A stretch of DNA of 64,000 nucleotides, from the NCBI GenBank assembly GCA_964478715.1, contig CAYZIY010000001.1, forward strand, positions 149,196-213,195, written 5' to 3'. The notes under the pieces were generated by a model. That model saw nothing but the letters and a program-made list of their open reading frames with translations. It searched no databases and was not told the origin of the DNA. Source of the DNA: an uncultured Planctomycetales bacterium (GTDB lineage: Bacteria; Omnitrophota; Gorgyraeia; Zapsychrales; JBDRMG01). Shown here piece by piece: positions 35,285 through 45,083 of this stretch. Position 1 is the stretch's first letter; the number at the start of each line of letters is the position of its first letter. The position numbers and the translations under genes are program-made.

Positions 35285-36124
35285 ATGATACTTTCAGTTG
35301 CCAGCGGAAAAGGGGGAACAGGCAAGACGACAATAGCTACCAGCCTGGCTCTGTCGTTAAAAAATGCGCAGATACTTGATTGCGATGTCGAAGAGCCCAA
35401 TGCCCATATTTTTATTCAGCCTGAAATAGAAAATTCTGAAACAATTTCCCTTCCTGTTCCTGAGATAGATGAAAGTCTTTGCGATCACTGCGGCAGGTGC
35501 CAGGAGGTTTGCGCTTACCATGCGATCGCGGTCTTGCCTCAGAAGGTCTTGGTTTTTCCTCAGCTTTGCCATGGATGCGGTTCATGTCATTATTTTTGTC
35601 CACGCAAAGCCATCAAAGAAGTGGATCAACGGATCGGTGTTGTGGAAACCGGATTCAAAGATGATCTGGCTTTTGCGCATGGACGTTTGGATATCGGCCA
35701 GGCCATGGCGCCGCCTTTAATCAGGGCGCTTCAAAAGCATGTAGACCCTCAAAAAATCAATATTATCGACGCTCCTCCGGGAACATCCTGTCCGGTGATT
35801 GAGGCGATTCGGGAGAGTGATTTCTGCATTCTCGTTACTGAGCCTACGCCTTTTGGTCTCAATGACCTGAGACTGGCCGTTGAGGTTTTGCGCAAGCTGA
35901 AAATTCCCTTTGGAGTGGTGATCAATCGTTCTGATTTGGGAGACTCCTGCACGGAGGATTATTGTCGCAAAGAGAGCATGCCGGTTTTGATGCGTGTTCC
36001 TTTTGACCGCGCTATCGCTGAAGGGTATTCGCGGGGGCAGACATTGGTTGAGACTAATTCTGAATATAAAGATCAATTTAATGATATTTATTTTCAAATC
36101 AATAAACTCATTAAACAAAGTTAG
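35285..36124 (+). CDS. MinD/ParA-superfamily P-loop ATPase with inserted 2x[4Fe-4S] ferredoxin domain (copy 1)
   Basis: Walker A SGKGGTGKTT; CDHCGRCQEVC and CHGCGSCHYFCP cysteine clusters. Confidence 0.8.
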   Translation: MILSVASGKGGTGKTTIATSLALSLKNAQILDCDVEEPNAHIFIQPEIENSETISLPVPEIDESLCDHCGRCQEVCAYHAIAVLPQKVLVFPQLCHGCGSCHYFCPRKAIKEVDQRIGVVETGFKDDLAFAHGRLDIGQAMAPPLIRALQKHVDPQKINIIDAPPGTSCPVIEAIRESDFCILVTEPTPFGLNDLRLAVEVLRKLKIPFGVVINRSDLGDSCTEDYCRKESMPVLMRVPFDRAIAEGYSRGQTLVETNSEYKDQFNDIYFQINKLIKQS

Positions 36125-37483
36125 GTGGATGACATGGAAAAGAAAACGGATATTTTAATTATAGGCGGGGGTCCGGCCGGGATGGTTTGTGCGATTACGG
36201 CAAAGAAATATTATCCGTCTAAAAACGTCCTGGTTATGAAGGATATTGAAAATGGCGTTATTCCCTGCGGAATTCCTTATATGTTTGCCAGCCTTAAGGA
36301 TCCCCAGGATAATGCTTTGGGCGCCGCAGCACTAAAGGACAATCACATTGAACTAGCCATTGATCAAGCATTATCGATCAATCGTGAGAAAAAATACATT
36401 GAGTCCGAAAAAGGCGACAAGTATTACTATGAAAAATTGGTTTTGGCTTGTGGTTCAACTCCTGTCGTTCTGCCTATTGAGGGAATCAACAAAAAAGGGG
36501 TCTATCCGATCCATAAGGATATGAACTATCTTAAGGATGTTATTGAAAAAATAAAACATTGCCGTAATGTGATTGTTATCGGAGGGGGTTTTATCGGTGT
36601 TGAATTTGCCGATGAGCTATCCACGAAAAAAGGAATCAATGTGAGCTTGGTCGAAATGCTTCCGCATCTTTTAGCCAATTCTTTTGACGAAGAATTCTCG
36701 AAATTGGCCGAGGACCGCCTGAAAGCAAAGGGTGTTCAGGTTTTGACTAAAACGTGCATTGAGGCCATTGTCGGCAACGAAAAGGCCGAAAAGGTTCGCT
36801 ATTTAAACGGACAGGAGCAGGTTGTCGATGCGGTTATTCTTGGAATCGGATCCAGGCCTAACGCACAGTTAGCGCGGGATGCCCAATTAGAGATCGGTTC
36901 CTGCAGAGGAATCTTGGTTGATGAATACATGCGCACGACCAGGGATCCCGATATTTTTGCGATCGGAGACTGTTCTTGCAAAAGGGATTTCTATACCAGA
37001 AAAGCAATTCCGGTGATGTTGGCTTCAACCGCAACGGCTGAAGCGAGAATTGCGGGCGCTAACCTGTATCAGATTAAAGTTGTCCGGGAGAACAAGGGAA
37101 CGATTGCGATTTATTCAACCTATCTGGATGGGTTAGTTCTGGGCTCCGCCGGATTAACTGAGCAAACAGCCCGTCAGGAGGGTTTTGAAATCGTGACGGG
37201 AATTTCAAAGGGGGTGGATAAACATCCGGGATCTCTTCCCGGCACAAGCCAGGGAATGATTAAGCTGATTTTTTCAAAGCAGTCCGGCATTATTCTAGGC
37301 GGTCAGATCAGTTGCGGGATGTCATGCGCTCAACTGATTAATGTGATCGGTATTGCTATTCAAAAGAGAATGTCCTTTACAGAATTAGAAACGCTTCAGG
37401 TCGCTACACATCCTTATTTAACCAGTGCTCCGACTAAATATCCCATTATTCAGGCTGCTCAGGATGCGTATTGTAAAATGTGA
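36125..37483 (+). CDS. FAD-dependent pyridine nucleotide-disulfide oxidoreductase (NADH oxidase / CoA-disulfide reductase-like)
   Basis: FAD motif ILIIGGGPAGM, second dinucleotide motif VIVIGGGFIGVEFA, C-terminal dimerisation domain. Confidence 0.8.
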   Translation: MDDMEKKTDILIIGGGPAGMVCAITAKKYYPSKNVLVMKDIENGVIPCGIPYMFASLKDPQDNALGAAALKDNHIELAIDQALSINREKKYIESEKGDKYYYEKLVLACGSTPVVLPIEGINKKGVYPIHKDMNYLKDVIEKIKHCRNVIVIGGGFIGVEFADELSTKKGINVSLVEMLPHLLANSFDEEFSKLAEDRLKAKGVQVLTKTCIEAIVGNEKAEKVRYLNGQEQVVDAVILGIGSRPNAQLARDAQLEIGSCRGILVDEYMRTTRDPDIFAIGDCSCKRDFYTRKAIPVMLASTATAEARIAGANLYQIKVVRENKGTIAIYSTYLDGLVLGSAGLTEQTARQEGFEIVTGISKGVDKHPGSLPGTSQGMIKLIFSKQSGIILGGQISCGMSCAQLINVIGIAIQKRMSFTELETLQVATHPYLTSAPTKYPIIQAAQDAYCKM

Positions 37484-37505
37484 GCCTTAATCAAGGAATG
37501 GAGTT

Positions 37506-38375
37506 ATGAAGCAAATTGTTATCATCAGCGGGAAAGGCGGAACAGGCAAAACGGTGATCACGGCCAGCTTTGCGGCTCTGGCCCGAAATCATATTATGGC
37601 CGATTGCGATGTCGATGCCGCTGATTTGCATTTATTGCTGGAGCCAACAGTGAGTCAAACCCATGAATTCAAAAGCGGTTTAACGGCTCAAGTTGATCTG
37701 TCTCAGTGCACCCGCTGCGGGCAATGCCGTCAGATCTGCCGATTTCAAGCGATTGATGAGCATTTCCAGATTGATCCGATTGCTTGCGAAGGTTGTGCTT
37801 TTTGTTCTCATGTCTGTCCATTGGGGGCTATTACAATGAAAGAAAATACAGCCGGAGAGTGGTTTATCTCGGAAACCCGTTTCGGGATGATGGTGCATGC
37901 TAAGTTGGGTGTGGCCGAAGAGAATTCGGGGAAACTGGTCAGCCTGGTTCGTAGTCAGGCCAAGGAATTAGCGGCACAAAAGGGATGCGATTGGGTGATC
38001 ATTGACGGGTCGCCGGGCATTGGCTGTCCGGTTATTGCTTCTTTATCCGGCGTGGATTGCGCTGTTGTTGTGACCGAGCCGACCCTTTCGGGATTACACG
38101 ACGCCCTGAGGGTGATCGAGGTGGCCGGGCATTTTCATATTCCGACAAAAGTGATTATCAACAAATATGATTTGAATCCTCAGATATCTCAAAGATTGGC
38201 CGATGCCTGTGGCCGAAAAGGGGCTGATGTGATCGGGAAAATACGTTTTGATAAATCCATCGTTCATGCTATGGTGCAAAGAAAAACGGTTATTGAAGCG
38301 GCAGACGGAATCATTCAAAAGGAAGTGACCGATATCTGGGAAAGGCTGCAGAAGGAAATCCTAAAAGGCTTTTGA
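37506..38375 (+). CDS. MinD/ParA-superfamily P-loop ATPase with inserted 4Fe-4S ferredoxin domain (copy 2)
   Basis: Walker A SGKGGTGKTV; CTRCGQCRQIC and CEGCAFCSHVCP clusters. Confidence 0.8.
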   Translation: MKQIVIISGKGGTGKTVITASFAALARNHIMADCDVDAADLHLLLEPTVSQTHEFKSGLTAQVDLSQCTRCGQCRQICRFQAIDEHFQIDPIACEGCAFCSHVCPLGAITMKENTAGEWFISETRFGMMVHAKLGVAEENSGKLVSLVRSQAKELAAQKGCDWVIIDGSPGIGCPVIASLSGVDCAVVVTEPTLSGLHDALRVIEVAGHFHIPTKVIINKYDLNPQISQRLADACGRKGADVIGKIRFDKSIVHAMVQRKTVIEAADGIIQKEVTDIWERLQKEILKGF

Positions 38376-38384
38376 AATTCACAG

Positions 38385-39023
38385 ATGAACATTTTTGATA
38401 AGGATTATAAAAGATACGATCAATGGTATGAGAAAAACCACTTTGCCTATCTGTCGGAGCTGGAAGCCATAAAGAAATACGCTCTTGCGAAAGGGCGGAG
38501 TTTGGAGGTCGGTGTCGGAACCGGCAGGTTTGCGGCTCCTTTGAATATCACAATGGCCATAGACTCCTCTCATAATATGCTCACATTAGCTGGCCACAGA
38601 GGGATCAATGTGCGTTGGGGAATGGCTGAAGATATTCCTTTTTCTAATGATCTCTTTGATGATGTTTTTATGATCAGCACGGTTTGTTTTGTCCATGATC
38701 CATCAAAAGCTTTGCAGGAATGCAAAAGAGTGCTTAAAGATGACGGTTGTTTAATTTTGGGAATGATCAATAAAAACAGTTTTTTGGGACACTGCTATAT
38801 GAAAAAAAAGAGTATTTTCTATCCACAGGCTCGTTTTTTCAGCGTGGAGGAAATAACGCAGTTGTTAGAAGAAGCCGGATTTGATAATCTGAAATACTAT
38901 CAGACCATCTTTGACCATCCCAAAAAGATCAGAAAAATCGAGAAGCCTCAAAAGGGTTTTGATAAAGGCGGTTTTATTGTTATCAAAGCCAATAAAAAAA
39001 CTTTCTTTCCTCATTTTATATGA
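38385..39023 (+). CDS. Class I SAM-dependent methyltransferase (second copy)
   Basis: LEVGVGTGRFAAPL motif I; VFMISTVCFVHDPSKAL; CLILGMIN. Confidence 0.75.
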   Translation: MNIFDKDYKRYDQWYEKNHFAYLSELEAIKKYALAKGRSLEVGVGTGRFAAPLNITMAIDSSHNMLTLAGHRGINVRWGMAEDIPFSNDLFDDVFMISTVCFVHDPSKALQECKRVLKDDGCLILGMINKNSFLGHCYMKKKSIFYPQARFFSVEEITQLLEEAGFDNLKYYQTIFDHPKKIRKIEKPQKGFDKGGFIVIKANKKTFFPHFI

Positions 39024-39562
39024 TTCAAAGTATTCAATTATGCCTTAAGCATAAACGCAGGATCGATTTCAAAAAGAAGATGATCTTTTCACCCGGCTTC
39101 AATACCGTGATCGGCCCCAATGGCTCCGGCAAGAGTTCGCTTTTGCGCGCTATTGATGCTTGCCGAGCGTGCCGGCGTCAAGAAGAGACAAAGACGCGCT
39201 ATCATTATTTTAACAGTGAGACCATGAATCCTCACAGAGACGCAAGGTTCTTTAAGGGGATCGAAGGTTCTATGGTCAAAGTCCGGGCGATGTTTTCCTC
39301 TCACGGGGAGACCATGCGGGATGTGCTTCGTTGTATCAAAGTTGAACCGGGAGATTGTTTTCTTTGTGATGAGCCGGAAGCCGGTCATGATTTGAACTGG
39401 ATTATCAGAATCCGTAAAGGCTTGGACCAGTTGGTTAAAAGAAAATGCCAGATTATCGCGGCCTCCCATCATCCTGTCTTTTGGAATAAAGCAAACGTCA
39501 TTGAGCTTCAGCACAACTACAGTAAAAACACACGGGAAAAAATAAGAAAGTGGATTCGATGA
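39020..39562 (+). CDS. Minimal ABC-type ATPase-like protein (180 aa)
   Basis: Walker A GPNGSGKSS, signature-like SSHGE, Walker B CFLCDEPEAGHD, H-loop-like AASHH, all within 180 aa with no helical subdomain. Confidence 0.5.
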   Translation: MIQSIQLCLKHKRRIDFKKKMIFSPGFNTVIGPNGSGKSSLLRAIDACRACRRQEETKTRYHYFNSETMNPHRDARFFKGIEGSMVKVRAMFSSHGETMRDVLRCIKVEPGDCFLCDEPEAGHDLNWIIRIRKGLDQLVKRKCQIIAASHHPVFWNKANVIELQHNYSKNTREKIRKWIR

Positions 39563-40299
39563 TTCTTAAAGAAGCTAAAGAAAAAGTTTTTCAGAAAGCC
39601 CAGCAGGAAAATCTGCTTGAGAAATCTGTTTGTGTTCGGGCTAAGGTGCTTTCGGCCGAAGAAGCCATCGGAAATCCCGAGGAATATGATTTTCCGCTTT
39701 TAAAGGGAAGAGAGAAGATCGTTGAAGCAAATTTTCAAACGCATAAAGGGCATGCCTTTAGTGATATGTTTGGAGGATTTCAAGGATCATTGAGTGATGT
39801 CCTTCAGATGCCTTTATCCAACAATTACCGCCGGTCTTTAGTGGTGGCGACATTAAATGCCGTTACGCGCTATTGGGGGCTTATTGATCAGACCGTTCAT
39901 TGCCGGGATCAGCAACCCAAAGAATGCGCAAAACGCTGTGTAGAATATTTTTCCCAACGGTATCCGTCAATCAAGAAACTGACTCTGATCGGTTTTCAGC
40001 CCGCTATGGCCGATGCTTTTTTAAAAACAGTGGAATTAAAGATTCTGGATTTGGATCCGGAGAATATCGGGAAAGAAAAATTTGGCGTGATGATCGAAGA
40101 CGGGATCAAAGATCTCAAAAAGGCCTCTCAATGGGGTGATGGGGTTCTGGCCACAGGTTCTTCTGTTGTCAATGGGACCATTGATCAGATCATGGAAACG
40201 GCTAAAGGCAAGAAAGTCATTTTTTATGGGGTGACCATAGCGGCTGTCTCTTATTGGGCTGATTTAAATCGGCTCTGTTTTGTCGGAGATGATCTGTGA
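39550..40299 (+). CDS. DUF364/DUF4213-like Rossmann-type protein (putative metal-chelation domain family)
   Basis: Two-lobed architecture with a C-terminal Rossmann-like block KKLTLIGFQPAMA...LDLDPEN...VLATGSSVVNGT. Confidence 0.4.
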   Translation: MDSMILKEAKEKVFQKAQQENLLEKSVCVRAKVLSAEEAIGNPEEYDFPLLKGREKIVEANFQTHKGHAFSDMFGGFQGSLSDVLQMPLSNNYRRSLVVATLNAVTRYWGLIDQTVHCRDQQPKECAKRCVEYFSQRYPSIKKLTLIGFQPAMADAFLKTVELKILDLDPENIGKEKFGVMIEDGIKDLKKASQWGDGVLATGSSVVNGTIDQIMETAKGKKVIFYGVTIAAVSYWADLNRLCFVGDDL

Positions 40300-41081
40300 T
40301 GGAATGGATGGTTGTAATGAGCGTTTTTGCGGTGTCCTTTGTCTTTTCCATGTTTGGCATGGGCGGAGGGCTGATCTTTATGCCTCTTTTTATGAACCTT
40401 ACCGATCACTATTTCGAGGCTTCCGCGTACAGCTTTATGGCCATCTTTGCGACCAGTTTTTCGGCGATGATCGCTTATCATAGGCAGAAATTGATCGACT
40501 GGTCTCTGGTGCGTCGCCTGGGGCTGCCCCTGGCCGGGGCTGTCTTTTTGACAGGCCACCTTGCTGTCAATATTTCTTTTTCCCATTTGAAATGGATTCT
40601 CTCTGTTGTTCTTATGGCAGCCGGTACGAGCATGATGATGTTTTCCGCAAAAAAGACCACTCACAATAAGGATGATCAAGCCGAAGATCAAAGACCGGAA
40701 AGTTTGTTTATGCACTTCTTGACGGTTGTTTCCGGATTATTGATCGGATTATTTTCTGGTTTGGCCAGTGTGGCCGGCGGTGTCTTCGAGATTCCCCTGA
40801 TTGTGCACGGGTTGCGAAAGCCGGCACATGTCGCGGTAGCTACTTCGTCGGTGACGGTTGTCTTGGCTTCCCTACTGGGATTTATCGGACGGATTTCTTT
40901 TTATCCTCAATCTGTTGAGCCGGATATATTCTTGCTGATCGGAATTCTCATGGCGGCCGTTTGCGGAGGAAGTTTAGGGCCTCTGGTTTCCCTGAAGGCT
41001 CATAAAGATATTTTTAAAAAGCTGTGCGGCGCCTTTGTTTTTGTCATTGGCGCCGCTTATTTATTACGATCAATCCATTAA
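40296..41081 (+). CDS. TauE/SafE-family membrane transporter (sulfite/anion exporter family)
   Basis: Polytopic membrane protein; GMGGGLIFMPLFMNL and GVFEIPLIVHGL motifs. Confidence 0.7.
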   Translation: MMEWMVVMSVFAVSFVFSMFGMGGGLIFMPLFMNLTDHYFEASAYSFMAIFATSFSAMIAYHRQKLIDWSLVRRLGLPLAGAVFLTGHLAVNISFSHLKWILSVVLMAAGTSMMMFSAKKTTHNKDDQAEDQRPESLFMHFLTVVSGLLIGLFSGLASVAGGVFEIPLIVHGLRKPAHVAVATSSVTVVLASLLGFIGRISFYPQSVEPDIFLLIGILMAAVCGGSLGPLVSLKAHKDIFKKLCGAFVFVIGAAYLLRSIH

Positions 41082-41093
41082 GAGGATGACTTT

Positions 41094-41963
41094 ATGAAAA
41101 CCTATGAAGAATGCATACCGTGTCTTTTGCGGCAGGCTCATCAAATTGCTGATCTGGCCACCAGCGATGAGACCTTAAAAAATGAAATCATCGATGATTT
41201 GGTGAGCCTGATTCCCGGACTTTCCTTTGAGTCTTCTCCGCCGGAAACGGCCCGTTTGATTCAGAAAAAGATTAAAAAAAAGGTCTTGGGAAGGGATATC
41301 TATAAAGACATCAAAGCAAAAAGCAATCAAATGGCTTTGAAGCTCTATCCACAGATGAAGGAAATGATTGAGCATTCCAAAGAAAAGCTGTTAACAGCGG
41401 TGGAAATGGCGATTGCCGGCAATGTCATCGATTATGGCGCCAAAAACACCTTAAATATTGAACAAGAAATTGATCAACTGTTTAAGGGGCAATTTCAGAA
41501 GCACGCCAAAGTTGTTTTTGATTTTGGTCAATTCAAGCAGGCGCTGAATGAGACTAACGAGATTTTGTATTTAGCCGACAATGCTGGTGAAATCGTCTTT
41601 GATAAAATCCTTATCGAAGAGCTTGTTTCACAAGGTAAAAAGGTCATCCTGGCTGTCCGTGGCGAACCGGTGATCAATGATGCTCTGATGGAAGATGCTC
41701 TCTCTTGCGGCCTGGATCAGGTGGCTCAAGTGATTTCAAGCGGCGTCGATGCACCGGGAACGATTTTAAAATATTGCTGTGAAGAATTTCTCACGATTTA
41801 CCGAAAATCACAACTTATCATCAGTAAAGGGCAGGGAAATTACGAGGCTTTAAGCGAGGAGAAAGAGCCGATTTATTTTTTACTGAGAGCCAAATGCCCG
41901 GTGATTGCCGATCATCTCAAAGTTGAAGTGGGCGATATTGTTCTTAAAGAAGCCAAAAGATAG
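41094..41963 (+). CDS. DUF89 / ARMT1-like metal-dependent phosphatase-family protein
   Basis: N-terminal CIPCLLRQ cysteine motif and overall length typical of DUF89. Confidence 0.6.
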   Translation: MKTYEECIPCLLRQAHQIADLATSDETLKNEIIDDLVSLIPGLSFESSPPETARLIQKKIKKKVLGRDIYKDIKAKSNQMALKLYPQMKEMIEHSKEKLLTAVEMAIAGNVIDYGAKNTLNIEQEIDQLFKGQFQKHAKVVFDFGQFKQALNETNEILYLADNAGEIVFDKILIEELVSQGKKVILAVRGEPVINDALMEDALSCGLDQVAQVISSGVDAPGTILKYCCEEFLTIYRKSQLIISKGQGNYEALSEEKEPIYFLLRAKCPVIADHLKVEVGDIVLKEAKR

Positions 41964-41982
41964 AAGAGAGAGAATCTGTGAA

Positions 41983-42696
41983 ATGAATATCAAAGTCGTT
42001 TATGATAATGACTCAATGAATTGTCGATTTGCCTGCGGGTGGGGTGTGGCTTATATTATCGACGGTAAGATTTTGTTTGATACCGGAGATGAAGGACAAG
42101 CTCTTGAAAAGAATATTATCTCTGCTGGTTGCGATATTTCTAATTTGCAAACTATTGTGATATCTCATGATCATTGGGATCACACCGGGGGATTAAACCA
42201 GATTCTACCAAAAAGAAAAGGAATTTCCGTACTCGTTTGTCCGGATGTCAGCGAAAATATTAGGACGTCTATAAGAAATCTGAACGCTGATTTAGTCGAA
42301 TGCGGGCGGCCCTTTCAAGTAACCAAAGATATTTTTACGACGGGTTCAATGACCTGTGAATATAAAAAGACCCTGCTGTCGGAACAGGGTTTGGTGATAA
42401 GAACAGCCAATGGACACAGTCTGATTACCGGTTGCGCTCATCCCGGGATGGAGCAAATGATCAACAAGACGAGGGAACAATTCTCGATCGAACAGTTCTA
42501 CGCGGTGATCGGGGGATTTCACCTGTTTCGTGACAAAAAGAATGAGGTCGCGCAACTGGCTGATCGATTGAAGAATTCGGGTATCCAAAAAATCGGTCCC
42601 TGTCATTGCAGCGGGAGATTGGCTAAACAGATCTTTAAAGAGGTTTTTCAAAAGGATTATCTGCCCGTAGCCGCGGGGCAGCAATTTGATCTTTAA
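41983..42696 (+). CDS. MBL-fold metallo-hydrolase
   Basis: HxHxDH motif ISHDHWDHTGG plus downstream His/Asp ligands; start set at Met 41983. Confidence 0.75.
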   Translation: MNIKVVYDNDSMNCRFACGWGVAYIIDGKILFDTGDEGQALEKNIISAGCDISNLQTIVISHDHWDHTGGLNQILPKRKGISVLVCPDVSENIRTSIRNLNADLVECGRPFQVTKDIFTTGSMTCEYKKTLLSEQGLVIRTANGHSLITGCAHPGMEQMINKTREQFSIEQFYAVIGGFHLFRDKKNEVAQLADRLKNSGIQKIGPCHCSGRLAKQIFKEVFQKDYLPVAAGQQFDL

Positions 42697-42760
42697 GGGA
42701 TAAGCTTGCATAGACCCTGAATTTTGATATGATAAATCAACTGATTATTAAGGAGGATGG

Positions 42761-44443
42761 ATGATGGTATTACGAAAAACTTATCTGCTTAATAAGTATT
42801 TTCTGTTGATCTTCCTTGGAACGATTGCTCTTTATTGCTTTATCTTCTTACCTTTTGCGCAAGCTGATCCGCCGTCAAGCAGGGATGAAGCTATCTGCGC
42901 TGCGTATATTACCGGCATCGGTTGCGGCAATTGCGCGGTTTCCGATCCCTATATTTTCACCGAACTTATCCAGAAATATCCGCAACTGATCATCATCGAA
43001 TATGAGATTTACAAATCAAGAGAAGAAAACAAATTCGTTAAAGACGGTTATTTTGCTAATTATATTAAGGAAGGGCAACGGGCCGGCGTTCCGTTTTTTA
43101 TCTTTGATTCCAGGCATAATGCGATCGGCCGTTATGAGGTTCTCGATGTGGCCAAGCGCATTCATGATTTATCATCGAATCCTTGTCCTTTAGCCAATGG
43201 TAAGTCGCAAGATTTTGAAAGTCTGGATATCCGCACTCTGCCCGGCCAATATAATATCTGGACAAAAAACCGGGTCTTGTTATCTGCCGACGGCGGTGAT
43301 AAAAGCATATTAAAACGCATTCTTCTTAAGCGCGATATTTCCAGTGCCTTAGAGGGAGTTCATTTTCAGAAAGTCGACCCGGTACCAGTGGAAATCTCGC
43401 AGGGCAAGATTCATTTTGATTATGCGGTTACAATCGGCGACTGGCGATTGCAGTGGAACGGGGAACCGCTTAAGGTGAGAAAGAGCTTCCGGCTGGGCGA
43501 TGATGCGATGACATGGATTTTTATCTCGATCATTTTTCTTCTGGCCGTTTTCTTTTTCTTTAAAATTGAAAAAAGAGAAAAGACCATGGCCATTACATTC
43601 CGCTTTCAGCGCAAAAAGAAGGAAGTGATCATTGTCTTGATTTCGCTGTTGGCCATTCTGGCCTTTCTTCTTTTGACCAAAAACGTGAACCCTGACTATC
43701 TGAAAAAAATGGGATATCAATTACCGCTTCCGGTCTTTACGGTTTTCATCGCCTTGGTTGACGGATTCAATCCCTGCAATATGTTTGTCTTAACCTGTCT
43801 ATTGGCTTTATTAATCTCCAGCTCTGATTCTAAGGCCAGACTTTTTGCGGTGGCGATCAGCTTTGTGGTCGTGGTTTATATTATCTACTTTCTATTTATG
43901 ACTGCCTGGTTGAATATCTTTAAGTATTTCAGTTTCGTGGCCCCGCTGCGCATCGGAATCGCGATTTTAGCTCTGGCGGCCGGGATTATCAATTGCAAAG
44001 AACTGTTGTTTTTTAAAAAAGGTATTTCGCTCACCATCCAGGATAAGCACAAAGACACCCTCATGGGCCGCATGCGGGGGATGAAAAAAATTATTCAAAA
44101 CGGTTCATTCCCCATTTTGATTACCTCCAGTATCGGCTTGGCCACGCTGGCCTCTCTGGTAGAGCTTCCCTGCACGGCCGGTTTTCCGATTGTCTATACC
44201 GGTATTCTCTCGGGGAAAATTCTTAATAGCACGCTGGCCTATTATCTTTATCTGGCCTTTTACAATCTGATTTATGTGATCCCGCTTCTTGTGATCATTA
44301 CGATCTTTATCAACACCTTTCACGCCAAGGCCATTTCCGAGCGCCAGGTGCAGATCATTAAGTTTATCGGCGGCGTGATCATGCTGCTTTTAGGGATCGT
44401 GCTTTTGGTTAATCCCGGTTTGATCGGTCTGGGATTCGGTTGA
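42761..44443 (+). CDS. Fusion of periplasmic thioredoxin-like CxxC domain with CcdA/DsbD-family transmembrane thiol:disulfide transporter
   Basis: Signal/TM, GIGCGNCAV CxxC motif, then multi-TM region with the characteristic DGFNPCNMFVL cysteine-in-membrane motif. Confidence 0.7.
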   Translation: MMVLRKTYLLNKYFLLIFLGTIALYCFIFLPFAQADPPSSRDEAICAAYITGIGCGNCAVSDPYIFTELIQKYPQLIIIEYEIYKSREENKFVKDGYFANYIKEGQRAGVPFFIFDSRHNAIGRYEVLDVAKRIHDLSSNPCPLANGKSQDFESLDIRTLPGQYNIWTKNRVLLSADGGDKSILKRILLKRDISSALEGVHFQKVDPVPVEISQGKIHFDYAVTIGDWRLQWNGEPLKVRKSFRLGDDAMTWIFISIIFLLAVFFFFKIEKREKTMAITFRFQRKKKEVIIVLISLLAILAFLLLTKNVNPDYLKKMGYQLPLPVFTVFIALVDGFNPCNMFVLTCLLALLISSSDSKARLFAVAISFVVVVYIIYFLFMTAWLNIFKYFSFVAPLRIGIAILALAAGIINCKELLFFKKGISLTIQDKHKDTLMGRMRGMKKIIQNGSFPILITSSIGLATLASLVELPCTAGFPIVYTGILSGKILNSTLAYYLYLAFYNLIYVIPLLVIITIFINTFHAKAISERQVQIIKFIGGVIMLLLGIVLLVNPGLIGLGFG

Positions 44444-44462
44444 TGATTCATTTCCCTATTTT

Positions 44463-45083
44463 ATGAAAATCTCCAAATTCGCAACGACACTCCTGACGCT
44501 GATCATTCTGATTGGCAGTATTTATGTCTTAAGATTTATCTCAACGCGAGTATTGGATCATTTCAAGGAGGAGTCCTTCTTGAAGGTCAAGGGGAATCCC
44601 GCGGCTCCTGTGCATATTATTGAATACTCGGATTTCTTTTGTCCGGCCTGCCGAAGAGGATCCGGGGAGCTCAAAAAACTTTTCCAGAAATATCCGGATC
44701 AGATTTATCGACAATACCGGTTTTTTCCTTTGGCCCGACTTCATCCGCAGATAATGGATTTGTGTCTGTTTGCACAATGCGCAGCCCAGCAGCATCAATT
44801 CTGGACTTATTATGATTTGTTGATGCGTGATCAGCAGAACCTCAAGAAGATGGGCAAACCGCGTTCATATCTTTTTGGGCTTGCGCGGGAAGCCCAATTA
44901 AATTTGTCTGAGCTTAAAAAATGTTTAGCCGATCCCCAAACGCTTTCTAAGATTCTAGCTGATCAACAGAGGGGAAAACGAAAAAAAGTTGAAGCCACGC
45001 CGACCTATTTTGTGAACGGAAAGAAGATTGTGGGCTATTTTAAACTCAAAAATGAAATCCAAAAGCAACTTCAAGACAACTGA
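44463..45083 (+). CDS. DsbA/thioredoxin-like periplasmic thiol:disulfide oxidoreductase
   Basis: Signal anchor, CxxC motif FCPACRRG, thioredoxin fold length. Confidence 0.75.
   Translation: MKISKFATTLLTLIILIGSIYVLRFISTRVLDHFKEESFLKVKGNPAAPVHIIEYSDFFCPACRRGSGELKKLFQKYPDQIYRQYRFFPLARLHPQIMDLCLFAQCAAQQHQFWTYYDLLMRDQQNLKKMGKPRSYLFGLAREAQLNLSELKKCLADPQTLSKILADQQRGKRKKVEATPTYFVNGKKIVGYFKLKNEIQKQLQDN

Noticed and set aside
40251-40715. Minus-strand 154-aa His/Lys/Arg-rich ORF
   Set aside because: It is fully antisense to the TauE/SafE membrane protein gene, and the basic low-complexity composition is typical of spurious antisense frames.
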